A stretch of DNA of 64,000 bases, from positions 33,356,001 through 33,420,000 of the forward strand of contig NW_025964361.1 in the NCBI RefSeq assembly GCF_023055435.1, given 5' to 3'. Shown one piece after another: positions 1 to 12,213 of the stretch. Made by a program: the position numbers and the translations under genes. The notes below the pieces were generated by a model, which was given only the letters and a program-made list of their open reading frames with translations, was not told the DNA's origin and did not search any database. Position 1 is the stretch's first letter; each line of letters starts with the position of its first letter. Source of the DNA: Haliotis rufescens. Its lineage: Eukaryota.

Positions 1-150
1 TCTTAAGACATTTACCACTGGTGAAAACCACAAGCTGACAAACCAAGAAACATAATCAGGTGAACTGGGATTCAAACCCAAAGTCATAGGTTTCTGGCAC
101 AGATAAGGGACACAACTCTGCACAGTCAACTGTGCCACATGTGCGCCCCC
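1..150 (-). mobile_element. Degenerate partial copy of SINE family B
   Basis: Matches 4800-4975 (gctgacaaacc.agaaacataatc.ggg.gaactgggattc.aacc, agggacacaactctgcacag). Confidence 0.75.
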
Positions 151-283
151 AAATAGGACATTTATTGTCAGTGTGGTTCCTGATATTTTCAACGGTAGTT
201 AAACTAGAGGTTGTGCAAAATGCAAACAAGAAAGCAGTCCCATCACTAACAAGTCTAACATTACCTCAATTGTCCAAAAAATG

Positions 284-490
284 TCTTCAGCAACCCATGC
301 TTGCCATAAAAGGCGACTATGCTTGTTGTAAAAGGAGACTAACGGGATCGGGTGGTCAGGCTCGCTGACTTGGTTGATGCATGTCATCGATTCCAATAGC
401 GTGGACCGATGTTCATGATGTAAATCACTGGATTGTCTGGTCACTAGGACTCGATTATTTACAGACCGCTGTCACGTAGCTGGAATATTG
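284..490 (+). mobile_element. 5'-truncated SINE family C
   Basis: gtcttcagcaacccatgcttgcc...gggatcgggtggtcaggctcgctgact...gctggaatattg; reverse complement of the copy at 2890-3166. Confidence 0.85.
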
Positions 491-740
491 TGTACTGTAC
501 GTTTCGATAATTACATTAGAGCCTTGAATTAATCATTGATCATGTGGACAGTGGTCAGGATTGATGAGTGAAATGACAAGACAACCATAACTGCTCTTGA
601 TGTGCCGTTAGTACAGTGAATATTACTGTGCGTTGTAGCATATTTGTTTTCTGCATCCATTCTCTACATTTGTGTGTAATGGACGCTCATTTGTGCATCG
701 CATAAAACCCTGATAGAAGGTTTCAACAGAATGCAATAAC

Positions 741-1149
741 TAGGGCTGGGACGAGTCAAAATTTAGTACCTGGGTACCCACCACCCTATTACCCGACCCT
801 ACCCTACCCAGGTACCTGCTGCAGATATTTAGAGATATTTTTCCGATTTGGAAAAGTTTGACCTTTGCCCTGGCAAAATGTATTTAGATACACATATAAA
901 ACGATCTGGTCATGCATACACTGAAGTTTTATCTTTATTCAAACATATAAAAGTCAGAAGGAACAGGTGCATTGTCAGAAAGAATTTGGAACATTAGTAA
1001 TTTATAGTGTAACCATAGAGTTTTAGATAATTTTTGTCATTAAACAATATATCACGTGACTAACCATGGGTCTGGGTAGTCCTGTGGGTATCCGGGTCCT
1101 ACTCAGGACCCACCCGACCAAAGTACCTGAGTTACCAGTCCCAGCCTTA
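741..1149. mobile_element. hAT-like MITE
   Basis: TIRs TAGGGCTGGGAC / GTCCCAGCCTTA; imperfect 8-bp flanks gcaataac / ccaatcac; subterminal gggtaccc/acccg motifs. Confidence 0.6.
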
Positions 1150-1488
1150 CCAATCACCTTCTGACATCTCTTCCAATTAGGGGAATATTTCGCTGGTGGG
1201 GTTCTAGCCAAAATATCATTTGAATAGATGTTATGCTAAACAGGATTGGAGAGGAGAAACACATGTGGCCCAGTCATCTAAGGCACCAGAATGCACTGCA
1301 CAGATTTGCCATACAAGGATATACTTATAAGGGTTTGAATCCGGGATCTGTCAGCACTAAATTCATGATCACTGGTGTCAGTGCTCAGTGTGGAAAACAA
1401 GATCACACACATGCAGAAGTCCTTGCCTGAGACATTGCCAAGGTCATGGACACATTATGTTCCTCTTTCTTCCATGCTTCCATCAACT

Positions 1489-2035
1489 CATCTTCCCGAG
1501 GCAAGGGCATTAACTGACTATAAAAGTCCAGTTTCCACCCTTGCCGACATAGACTGGAATTCAGGAGTTACATTTTGGCTTGACTAACAAGTCTATTCGT
1601 AGTCCAATCAAAATCGCATGACGAACTAGACATCCGGTTCGCTAACAACATGGATCTCAACATGCAGATTTCGGTCGACTGCAGGATTTGCAAAGCATGT
1701 GCACTGCCAATTGGACATGGACAGATATTTCGCAAATCTTTCCATGTTATTAATCAATTGAAAATGATGCACATCGCGAGGTAAGACCTGGTTTATTACA
1801 ATATGGTTTTAATTATCAATCAGAATGTCTTGACAGGGCAACGTCATTTTGTTTGAAGAAAATGCAAGTGATACAAGAGGAGGAATCAGATTGGTCAGTT
1901 GGAGGGACATAGATGGGGCATAACTCGTAATAGCCACTGGTGGTGCTACGATCCATCCGGTACATTCCAGCCTAGTTCGGCAAGAGTGGAAACTGGACTT
2001 TTACAATCAGTTAACACCTTTGCCCCGGGATGATG
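1489..2035. mobile_element. Mutator-like MITE family M1 (right terminus interrupted by M2)
   Basis: TIR catcttcccgaggcaaggg...aaaagtccagtttccacccttgccga and its complement at ~1970-2035; internal sequence is the reverse complement of 54525-55063. Confidence 0.85.
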
Positions 2036-2036
2036 A

Positions 2037-2525
2037 CAATCTGATTAAAATCAGACCTTAGTTCTCGTTATCGCTAAACAAAGATCTGAAGACATCCCAT
2101 TACGGGTCACGTCAGAACGACCTTTCATCCGACTAATCAGAGCATCGCTTACCAGATTATGAAAGTGACAGTCTGAGTGTGATTTTTAATCATGCAACCT
2201 CGAAAACTTTAACACGGGGTATTCCGAACGATAGTTACGGGTTTAACGACTGAATCCATACAATCTAGACCATCTAATAGCCATTCCAGAATGTTCTTTT
2301 GTTCAGGTTTCAAATTTGTAATCGAGAATTTGTCAAAATACGTTTCGAAGCGAAGTCGCCAATTTGAAATTAGTGCCGTAAAGCACGAGAAAGCTGCCCT
2401 CTGACTGGTCATTCCATTGGTTGGTCAAAGTTCGCACAAGGTCGGTCTGACGTGACCCGTAATGGGATGTCCTCAGATCTTTGTTTAGCGGTAGCGAGAA
2501 CTAAGATCTGATTTTAATGAGATTG
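2037..2525. mobile_element. Mutator-like MITE family M2
   Basis: ~85-bp TIRs caatct(c/g)attaaaatcaga...acatcccattacgggtcacgtcaga; imperfect 9-bp TSD ggatgatga / ggaagatgc; second copy at 27319-27872. Confidence 0.88.
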
Positions 2526-2565
2526 GGAAGATGCCATCTACAATATTTGCTGGTTCATGTCCTAC

Positions 2566-2649
2566 CTCCTCCATGGTGTGACTGGGAGTGTCAGTGGCCT
2601 TCAGCTCTGTCAGCACCTCGACACTGGTGTTGGGGTTCTGCAGTAGGGT
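2566..2649 (-). CDS. FANCF: FANCF-like gene, coding exon 3 (TLLQNPNTSVEVLTELKATDTPSHTMEE)
   Basis: Acceptor tctccctgacAG, donor GAG|gtagga, 84 bp, phase 0/0; LLQNP continues the FANCF-like L..LL.N motif from exon 2. Confidence 0.65.
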
Positions 2650-2889
2650 CTGTCAGGGAGAAACAGATCAGACAGATTAAGTACTACAGTCAGCTCTGGG
2701 TGTCAAGTTGTCCAGAGAAAATAAGATTGCCCTATTGACAATAGACAGAACATGTAGTCTTCTGACATCATGCTTCTTTACTGAAGTATTTTCTTTCCAA
2801 TTTAGCGTTGCTTAAGGAAATGGGTTCAAAGTCAAGATATTGTTTTAGGATGCTGAACCTTCATTGTCCTGAATTGAATCCTTAATGGC

Positions 2890-3166
2890 TTGGTTGGTTG
2901 GTTGGTTGGTTTGTTGTTTAACGCCGCACTCAGCAATATTACAGCTATATGACGGCGGTCTGTAAATAATCGAGTCTGGACCAGACAATCCAGTGATTGA
3001 CATCATGAGCATTGATCCATGTAATTGGGATCGATGACATGCATCAACCAAGTCAGCGAGCCTGACCACCCGATCCCATTAGTCGCCTTTTACGACAAGC
3101 ATAGTCGCTTTTCACGGCAAGCATGGGTTGCTGAAGACCTATTCTACCCCGGAATCTTCACGGGCC
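2890..3166 (-). mobile_element. Full-length SINE-like family C
   Basis: 10-bp TSD ccttaatggc (2880-2889, 3167-3176); tail gctgagtgcggcgttaaacaacaaac(caac)n. Confidence 0.9.
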
Positions 3167-3391
3167 CCTTAATGGCATTATGGCCTAGTATCAGCGCTCT
3201 GCTTGTTGGGAGTTTGTTATTTAACGCCACACTCTGCAATATTCCACCTATATAGGCGCTGCATGTAAATAATAAGAACATTTTTTAAAAATCAAATGTG
3301 GAATATCACAATTTTCTTGCAAATTTGCCGCCAAAGGCACTTAGTTTAAAAATCCTAGATAAATCCCTGTTAAAGGTTGTTGAGGGGGTAC

Positions 3392-3532
3392 CTGCTGCAG
3401 CAGTGATGTAGCCTGCCCCATGAGGTCGACTGACAGACACACTCGACTGGGAGGGTCAATTAACAGCAACATCTCCACCAGCTTCTTGTCAACGGCTTCC
3501 TCAACTCTCTGTCCACTCACCTGCTGGTGGAT
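3392..3532 (-). CDS. FANCF: FANCF-like gene, coding exon 2 (IHQQVSGQRVEEAVDKKLVEMLLLIDPPSRVCLSVDLMGQATSLLQQ)
   Basis: Acceptor tttgcttactgccAG, donor CAG|gtacc, 141 bp, phase 0/0; IH...A.D..L parallels the IHRRF...ALERRL segment I recall for human FANCF. Confidence 0.65.
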
Positions 3533-4257
3533 CTGGCAGTAAGCAAATATGGAAGTGAATACCAGCCTCTCTAGCACTACAAGATCCAGCACACTATCGG
3601 CATCACACATCACATGTTTGCGCTAAATAGACTATGATCCTGGTCCACAAAACAAGCTTTCAATAAAATTCAATATCATACCTTTGGATATGATATATAC
3701 AAGATCAACTTAAAAAAATATTCTTGAAATCTACGAGACCATTTTTTGTAGTGAATGAATCCACACTTGTCATTTGTTATTCTCATGAAAATGTTTCTTT
3801 TTAACTGTAAATTGCCCATTTCACACATCAATCGAGACTTCTTTCTACCATTCCCCCCTTCTCCCCCTCCACTTTGTGAATGTCGGAATATCCCCTCACT
3901 CTCTTTCTCTAGATAAAACACATTTTTTTATTCTGTAAGTGTAAAATGGGGCTTATTTAGGGACTGGTCATTTATTACATGGGTTGGTGGGTGGGGTTTT
4001 GTTGGTCATGAAAAAAGTTACATAAAATGACAGGGCTGGAAAAATGTGATGGTCTGAAGACAAATCTCATCCACCCTATAATAAACACAAAAAAACTCCC
4101 TAATCTTAAACGTAAACGTGTAAATGTTTCTGTTGCAGCCAATTATTTGTTTAGTGCTGATGTTAATAAATTTGAATTGATAGAGTATGAAATTTACAAA
4201 ATTAACTCTCAAGATATTTATTTTTCACTTCTTGAAAAAGAAATGTATTGATGTCAC

Positions 4258-4392
4258 CTTCTGGCAATAAGCTGCCCATTTGAGTGCATTATTCAGTGAC
4301 TGTACATCCCATAGTCCTGCTTCACTCCCGTTGGCCTGACCCAGAATATGGGCAAATGTGTACACATTCTTGAGGACGGTTGACAAGGACAT
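4258..4392 (-). CDS. FANCF: FANCF-like gene, first coding exon (MSLSTVLKNVYTFAHILGQANGSEAGLWDVQSLNNALKWAAYCQK)
   Basis: Acceptor ttccAG 3 nt before the ATG, donor AAG|gtgac; the pattern L.....F..IL........WD...L..AL.WA.Y matches the FANCF N-terminus as I recall it (human MESLLQHLDRFSELL...WDPATVRRALQWARY). Not in the ORF track (<60 aa). Confidence 0.72.
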
Positions 4393-4688
4393 TGTCTGGA
4401 ATCAAAATACTATTGCCATTAGACCTGTAAAATATGTAATTGTAGCCCACAAATTGAACTGTGTGATTCATAATCTAGGAGAAAGGATATAATGCCAGAT
4501 CAGGTTTTAATCAAAGCAAGTCATTGAGCGATACCCAAAGCCTGGAATACAAAGTAACTGGTGACTTAACTATGTCACAATGGAATACCCTTCTCTGTGT
4601 AGCGACATTTTCAAAATCATATGATCCAAGATCGGATGCCTTGTCCACATGATCAAAGATGTGTAACCCGTCAGCAAGCCGACAAGGT

Positions 4689-4974
4689 AAGTGAGTGAGT
4701 GAGTGAGTCTGGTTTAACGCCGCTTTTAACAGTTTTCCAGTTATATCACAACGTGTCAGCTTAACGTGGGAGGAAAGCCCGAAGTGATGCAGGTCTCCGA
4801 CGTTTACCACTTCGGTGAAACCCTGGAGCCCGGGTATGGTGCTGACAAACCTAGAAACATAATCGGGGCGAACTGGGATTCGAACCCATAATCATAGGTT
4901 TCTGGCATGCCCAAGGGACACAACTCTGCACAGCGAATCGCAGCACCTTCGACGACTGGGCCACCCGTGCCCCC
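4689..4974 (-). mobile_element. Full-length tRNA-derived SINE family B
   Basis: A-box-like TGGCCCAGTCG, B-box GGTTCGAATCC, (tcac)n tail, 10-bp TSD ccgacaaggt (4679-4688, 4975-4984). Confidence 0.9.
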
Positions 4975-6889
4975 CCGACAAGGTGAGGATATCATCTATG
5001 GGATGACTCCACACCCTCCTACATCCCCACAACAACAGTGTTGTTACAGCTTTGGAGTAGACTACCCTGTGACACAATTAATACTAGTACCCCCAGTTAT
5101 GGGTTTTCGGACGCTTAAGTAACATTTGGAGTTTTTCCCCTAATCACAAGAACAACTGTAAAACATTTCACTCATTTATAAAAGACGACTTTATCTTTAA
5201 AACAGTTACTGAGTATTTACAATGCCTGTTACGCCACATCCCTTTCTATAGCTTGAGTAATCGCGATAAACGTGACCGACAAAAAACATATGTCCAAAAA
5301 AATATGATCAGATGATAAATGCCTGGATTGACTACCTTTATCAAGCTTATTGTCATCCACGCACTGCCTACATCACTGACAATGGAGATGGAGGAATATT
5401 TCTGAACAAACAAAACTCAGAATATGACATTTATCGGTGACGTTTTGCTGAGGTGCCGTTTTAGCCTGCACCCCATTTATTACCTGGGTAGTGGTTGTTA
5501 GACAAGAGGACTTCTTCCTATTGGGTATCATTCATTAGAGCAAGGCTATTTAAGATATGGAACACTAAAATTCAAGACTTTTTCAAGGCTGCTAACTGTC
5601 ATTTTCAAGGCTTTTTAAGTTGGGTCAATATTTTATTAAATCCAGCATACTGTATATTAGTTGTAAGACCTAAAAAGCAGTATGACCATCACATATTTTT
5701 TAACAAGATTTATTTTTCAACCATCCAAAAAATAAATTAATCTGGCATGAATTCTTCATGGTAAAATCAAAGCTTTTCATGAGGGACCTTAAAATTCAAG
5801 GCTTTTTCAATTTTTTCAAACTAGTAAGAAACCGGTGGAGGATATCACAAACTGTGTTTTCATAGGGGCTTGAGATTTGTTGCTGTACTACTTGAATCAC
5901 GGGACCCCAATTTTTTCTACTTTTAGTATTCTTTCTGTCAATATAATGTCCGGTTATTTTGGTCCGGACTGAATTTTGAGTCGTCTCTCTAGGTGCACCC
6001 AGTCACTCTGTGTCGCGGACTGCGTTTAATCTATTTGTAAGACATTTACATGGCAACTTCAAGCTGTCAGCAATGGTCACTGTCACTGAATATACACGAC
6101 AAAGCTGATTATCTTAATACAGCAGCTTCGAAAAGATGTCCCGGTCACCCAAAGTCGTCAGTGACGATGATAACTACAACTGACTACGTTAGCCCGATTC
6201 GCTTCAAATATATTACAAACGCACCACTATCACTCGGTGATCATGTCTTTATATCGCTTTTTACTGCATCATATCACAACACTTCTGAAAGTTGTTCCCA
6301 GTACGAAATTCCCGCCGCCTTACGAGTCGAAAAATGTAAACTTCCGGTTAGGTCGATTTTCAAGTAAAACCCGGAAAATGAAAACATATTGTTTTGACAG
6401 TGTCGGAGGGCGTGTGTGTGTGTGTGGTGGTGGTTGGGTTGGGGTGGGGTCGGTCTTCACTTTTGGAGATTTTTTTCATACACGAGAGCTGAGCTATTTA
6501 TTACCTCCCATTTCAAATTCAACAAATGGTTAGAATGTTAACATTTCTCCCTGTTCACTAAACCATTTCAGATCAACAAATATTAGATTTCTAAATATTA
6601 TGTTTGGGATTACACTTTGAGTAACTGAGCTAGACTACCAGTTGTCGAACTTTCATTTTTTTTGTAGCCTCGATGTCTAAATTGGTCAGATCGCTGACTT
6701 TTTGAGCTGGCGATTAGGTGCCTCACTCTGGAGTGTGTGTTCCAATCCCGGACCACCCTGTTGTACTACCGTCCATGCAACAGGATCCCCGGGCCCTGTT
6801 TCAACAAAGTAACACAACACAAGGCCTCAAAAAACATCTTGTCTTGGCCAACACACTGACCAGATTTATCACCAATAGAACACTAATGG

Positions 6890-8210
6890 ACCTCTAAAGA
6901 CGAATGGCGTTGAATCCTATTTCTTTGCAGCACATGGTGTAAATTCGACTACTTGCGGCTGCCAAGACTCATCATACTGCTACCAGCCTGTAGGTCATAT
7001 AATCACAGATGACGTCTCTGTTGTTGACAACCAACTTCAGTTATTCAAACATGGACCAAAATATCGTAAGCAACCTCCTGATCATTTGGGATCACAACTT
7101 TAAAATCTTTATGGATGCCGTCGAAGCATATTCCAAAAAGTAGAATGCACAAACGGAAAAAGAGGAAACAGAAATGGAACAAACCCATTCTGTCGCACCC
7201 AGCTGTCATCCAAAGTCTGGCTGCCCTACATGAAAAGTCTCTACTAGCACCCACTGATAAGGCCTCAAATAACATAATCACTACATTAATTGTTTGATCA
7301 AAGAACTGGGTATAAGTGACATATCAAATAATGCCACAATTAAGGCCAGTATGTTAACTGAGGAAGAAATCTGCTCGAACCATGCAATCTATCAACTTTT
7401 GATTTGACTCTAAAACCTGAAGACAGGTCAATTCCTGTTTTGTTCTGGATTCCAAAGCTCTTTAAAAATCAACACAAAGAGAGATGTATTGCTGGGTCCA
7501 GGAAATGTACCACCAAATCCCTGTATCAAAGATTCTGTCTCCTAGTCCTTAAAACAATCAAGGAAAGACTTTCTTTATATTCACAGAAAGTGTTTGAGAC
7601 AAGTGGAATAAATACCACGTGGATTCTCCATACTCAAAGGATTTGATTGACTTTTTTACAATCTCAGAGAAGAACCAGGTTAATTTCTGTTACAAATATG
7701 ATTTTTCAACTTTTTACACCATTATCCCACTTGACAAACTTATGAAAAAATAAATTCCTTGATGCAAGGGGCTCTTGTTACAAAACGTGGTGTCCATAGA
7801 TATAGTTACATATAACCATAGGTTCACGTCAAAGAAAATGCGATCTGAATTGTACTGGGAAACCAATATGTGAAATGCTGCACTTCCTCGTTCATAATAT
7901 CTATGTAAAATGAGGGGGTTAGACATTTAGGCAAGAAGTAAGCATCACCATTGGCACCAATTGCGCTCCCCTTCTTGCTGATATGTTTCTTTATGCATGT
8001 GAATCAGAATATTTGCTCGGATTGGCAGAGTCAAAACAAGGTAATAAGTTTAACTTCAGCTCCAGGTTAAGCGATGATCTGAGATCGTTCAATAACCATC
8101 AAATAGCCAATTCCCTTCCACTGATTTACCCGCCGGGACTAGAAATGACGGAGACCGGTGAGACCGCTTCATCTGTTTCATATTTAGATCTACGCATAAA
8201 GATTCAGACA
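6890..8210 (+). pseudogene. Decayed Penelope-like element reverse transcriptase
   Basis: Frameshifted fragments read GPKYR, APTDKASNN, FWIPKLFKN..K.RCIAGS.KCTTK, SGIN..WIL, YDFSTFYT.IP, IGTNCAPLLADMFLY, SRLSDDL (decayed RYIDD) and SYLDL, in the motif order of PLE RTs. Confidence 0.85.
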
Positions 8211-8734
8211 TTAAAAAACAAAATGTCACTTGGACCGGTGATCTACAGCTCTGAGGTGAGTCTTTCACTGATGATTCCCGAATGCATCAAATAAACCAAT
8301 TAAAAACGTTTGGTCACAAATATTCATACTTCCTCAAAAAGGACTGTTACTATGACACTATATTATAAGATCTACTAAGTCTCCGAGCCTGACCAGGTGG
8401 TTGTCTCTTTCGAATAAATGAATATTGTTTTAAGCAATATCACAGGAGAAACCCAAATATGACAGCGAGTGCAACATGGCAATGAAAGATCTGGACAAGT
8501 CATGATTATCCCATGTTGCCTCGGTCTACATTTTAGTGGGTAACCCCACCACTATTCTTAAAGCAATCGGCGAGTGCCACACTTTCAGGTACCATCAAGG
8601 AAAACTGGCACTTAGGACAATGGCCACAAGACCATTCACAACTGAACAATATCCTCTAGGACAAATGTCAATTGCCATACGGATCGACTTAGCCTTGCTC
8701 CAAAGATGGACTGAATGACAGGTCCATAGGGTAT

Positions 8735-9482
8735 TAATAGTTCAAGGTGGCAATTGTCCACGGGGTATTGGTTCAGGCTGGCAACTGTCCACTGGGTATT
8801 GGTTCAAGGTGGCAACTGTCCACCGGGTATTGGTTCAGGGTGGCAACTGTCCAGTGAGTATTGGTTCAGGGTGGCATTTGTCCACGGGGTATTGGTTCAG
8901 GGTGGCAACTGTCCACCGGGTATTGGTTCAGGGTGGCAACTGTCCACTGGGTATTGGTTCAGGGTGGCAACTGTCCAGTGAGTATTGGTTCAGGGTGGCA
9001 ACTGTCCACCGGGTATTGGTTCAGGGTGGCAACTGTCCACTGGGTATTGGTTCAGGGTGGCAACTGTCCACCGGGTATTGGTTCAGGGTGGCAACTGTCC
9101 ACTGGGTATTGGTTCAGGGTGGCAACTGTCCACTGGGTATTGGTTCAGGGTGGCAACTGTCCACCGGGTATTGGTTCAGGGTGGAACTGTCCACTGGGTA
9201 TTGGTTCAGGGTGCAACTGTCCACTGAGTATTGGTTCAGGGTGGCAACTGTCCACGTGGTAATGATTCAGGGCAGCAACTGTCCACTGGGTATTGGTTCA
9301 GGGTGGCAACTGTCCAGTGAGTATTGGTTCAGGGTGGCAACTGTCCACTGGGTATTGGTTCAGGATGGCATCTGTCCACTGGGTATTGGTTCAGGGCGGC
9401 AACTGTTTACGGGGTACTGTTTCAGGGTGGCAACTGTTTACGGGGTACTGTTTCAGGGTGGCAACTGTTTACGGGGCATTGG
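8735..9482. repeat. 31-bp minisatellite (gggtattggttcagggtggcaactgtccact), about 24 copies
   Basis: Direct tandem repetition. Confidence 0.95.
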
Positions 9483-12213
9483 TAATATTGCCATTTCTAG
9501 ATCTCAGTATGGTTTCATATTTGTTGACACAACGGTGACGTCGATACCCATTTATTCTGGTATATATTACCAAGCTGAGTATTACCACGAGGTTTCTAAT
9601 TTGAGAACACCTCTATTCCGACTATACAAATCAAACAAAGCCCCTTTCTCATTCAATTTGTTTTACGCAACCGAAGCTAAGAGCGAAATGGTTGTTTGAC
9701 TACAGTATACTACCATAAACAAGAACACTAACACCCCGCCGTGTATGTATATGTGTATAAAAACAGTAAATAAATCATTGCAGTTAACAACAGGTCAAAA
9801 CCACCGTCACCCAAGAAGCCTGTAGTACAGGTATTTCGGTGGTCCCGCATGGCTACACACAAAGACGAGCCTTTCCATTAGGGAGACAAGTCGGGTCACA
9901 CTGGGAGTGTGCCTTTACGGAGACAGTGTAAAATAGTGGTCATAATTTCATTGTTTGACACAGTTGACACTGAGCTGCACCTACCTGCGTATCGGTTGTT
10001 CAAATTGTATCACGTGTGCACATTGAGTAATAAGCTTTTCAAGTGGGCGAGGCTTCACTGGATCTTGGTACAGAGATTTCTGAACGTTCCCCAACAGGTA
10101 ATTTCGGATATCTTTTCCATATATTGTATAATTTCTTTATAAAATTGTCACATACCAGTTTGTGTCTATTTGGGCTCACATAATTTAATTAGGTAACTTA
10201 GTTACGTGACTCGGCCATGGCTCTACCGCCATGTCGCCACACAACGGACAAATATGGTGACGGCTAAAGAGAACATCCTATGGCGGCGTTATACAGGTGT
10301 TGAAACTCCGTTGAGCGCACTTAGGAGTCGCAGTTTATGTTGTAAACGATGTCAGCACGTAGAGCTGAGTTGTTGGACACACGTACCAAGTTCAGCTTTG
10401 GAATGTTGACAGACAACAGTGTCAAGGCGTTTCAGTGAAACAGCAGAGGCGACCTTTGTATCAGAAGCCAGTCACGTGCATGCACTTTGACAAAATGTCA
10501 TTTTCTGCGAGATTTGTACGATAGATAGTTCACATATACACAACTTGTTTAGTTAATGAATCACATAGCCACATTCCCTGACATGACACTGAATAAGTGT
10601 CCAGGGGTTTATTTTGACCATTGTGCGTGCAGCATATATGACGGTATGTCTACATATCCTCACAGCATAAACCAGGGGCGGATCCATGATCACAAACACG
10701 ATATTGAAAATACTATTATTTTTGCTTTAACAACCAAATCATCATGGTATACAAAGTTCACACAAAATGACATCATATGTCAAAAATAGGTAGGGGTTGC
10801 GGGGTGGCGACCCCTGACTATTTTCTCTCCATCAGTTTAAGTGACTCGACGAGAAGGGTCAAACCTACCACAAACACGAATACCCCACAACCCCCGTACC
10901 TCCCTCTTTTCAAGTCAATGACCCCGTTCCGTCGATACCTGTTTGAAGGAAACCATCCATGCATAACGCTGTCAGCACATTCAGGGATAACCACACAGCC
11001 ACCTTGTCCATCAACAAAGCTTACAGGTAACGCGCTCTACATCTTTTGTATATGCAGTAAACCTTAGGTAGGGTTCTCCCCAAACCCTTAAACCTTGTTG
11101 CATTCCTCCCCTCCCTGCTCTGATTGCCCCGTATAGAGACGCGCGGTGTTGCCCATAGTCTGTGTACCTGTATACCGCTTACGAACAACTGAGGGGTACG
11201 CTAGGGGTAATACGCAGCACGTAATGTGGGTACATAGATCGAGGTGTGTCAGCATAACCAAACAATCTCATTAAAATCAGATCTTTGTGCTCGTTGAATA
11301 AGCAAATACCTTGAAGGGTGTGGAGTTCCTATCACATATTTCAGTGTAGTGCAATGCAACGTTAACTAATTCAATATTAGGTTGTGTGTAATGTATGAAT
11401 TAATATGTATAAATAGTGCAATAAATATCTTGCCAATATATATATATGATAAACCTGCTGTGTTTTGAAAGTAGTCACACTGAAGAGTACATGCCTCTTA
11501 TTTTAATTTGGAACCGACCGCTATATATATAAGAGGTATTTACTCTACAGTGGGACTACATCAAATTTCAAACCACAACAGGTTTATCTGCATTCTACCA
11601 TGACGACAAGTACGCTTTGAGAACATTGTTCTCTTGCAACGGGTAAGTACACAGGGTACAAAGGTTGCTATCTTAGAACATTCCGAAAAGGGGCCACGGT
11701 TGGTTATAAATGTAACAAATACAAATAACAAATATACGGAGCTTCCGTACAAATATTACTAAAGTTCAACATTAAAATACCCATAGTCTTGACTAGTTCA
11801 AAATAAGGGTTCAAAACACAAAGTTTTTCAAAAAGAAGTCGACAACATTAATAACCCTCCAAATTGAGTCTAAAGATATACATTTTAATTTCAAATATCT
11901 TGAAGGGTGTGGAATCTATTTAAAATATGCAACATATCAGAATAGGGATAAAACAAGCGTCCAACTGGGCCATTCAATTTGATATCCAGCAATGGATATT
12001 GAAGGAAAATGTAAACACAAAATAATGCACAGAACCACTCAAGAAAATGTTTATTGTGGTGTTCAGTGGCCCCTAGTTTATAGCTGTTTGAACGAACTGA
12101 TGGGGACAAGGTGGTCAGGCTCGTTTAATTTAAGTTTCAACTTTGACCTAATCTGTATATGTCCTCACACCTAATACTACCTTTAATATTGAATACTTAC
12201 CTATATGCCTAAA

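Noticed and set aside
3533-3622. Longer FANCF-like exon 2 using the acceptor at 3623
   Set aside because: In frame, but inserts 30 aa between WAAYCQK and IH, which are adjacent in FANCF as I recall it; possible only as an alternative isoform.
8754-9699. 296-aa and overlapping ORFs
   Set aside because: Products of the 31-bp repeat cycling through frames.
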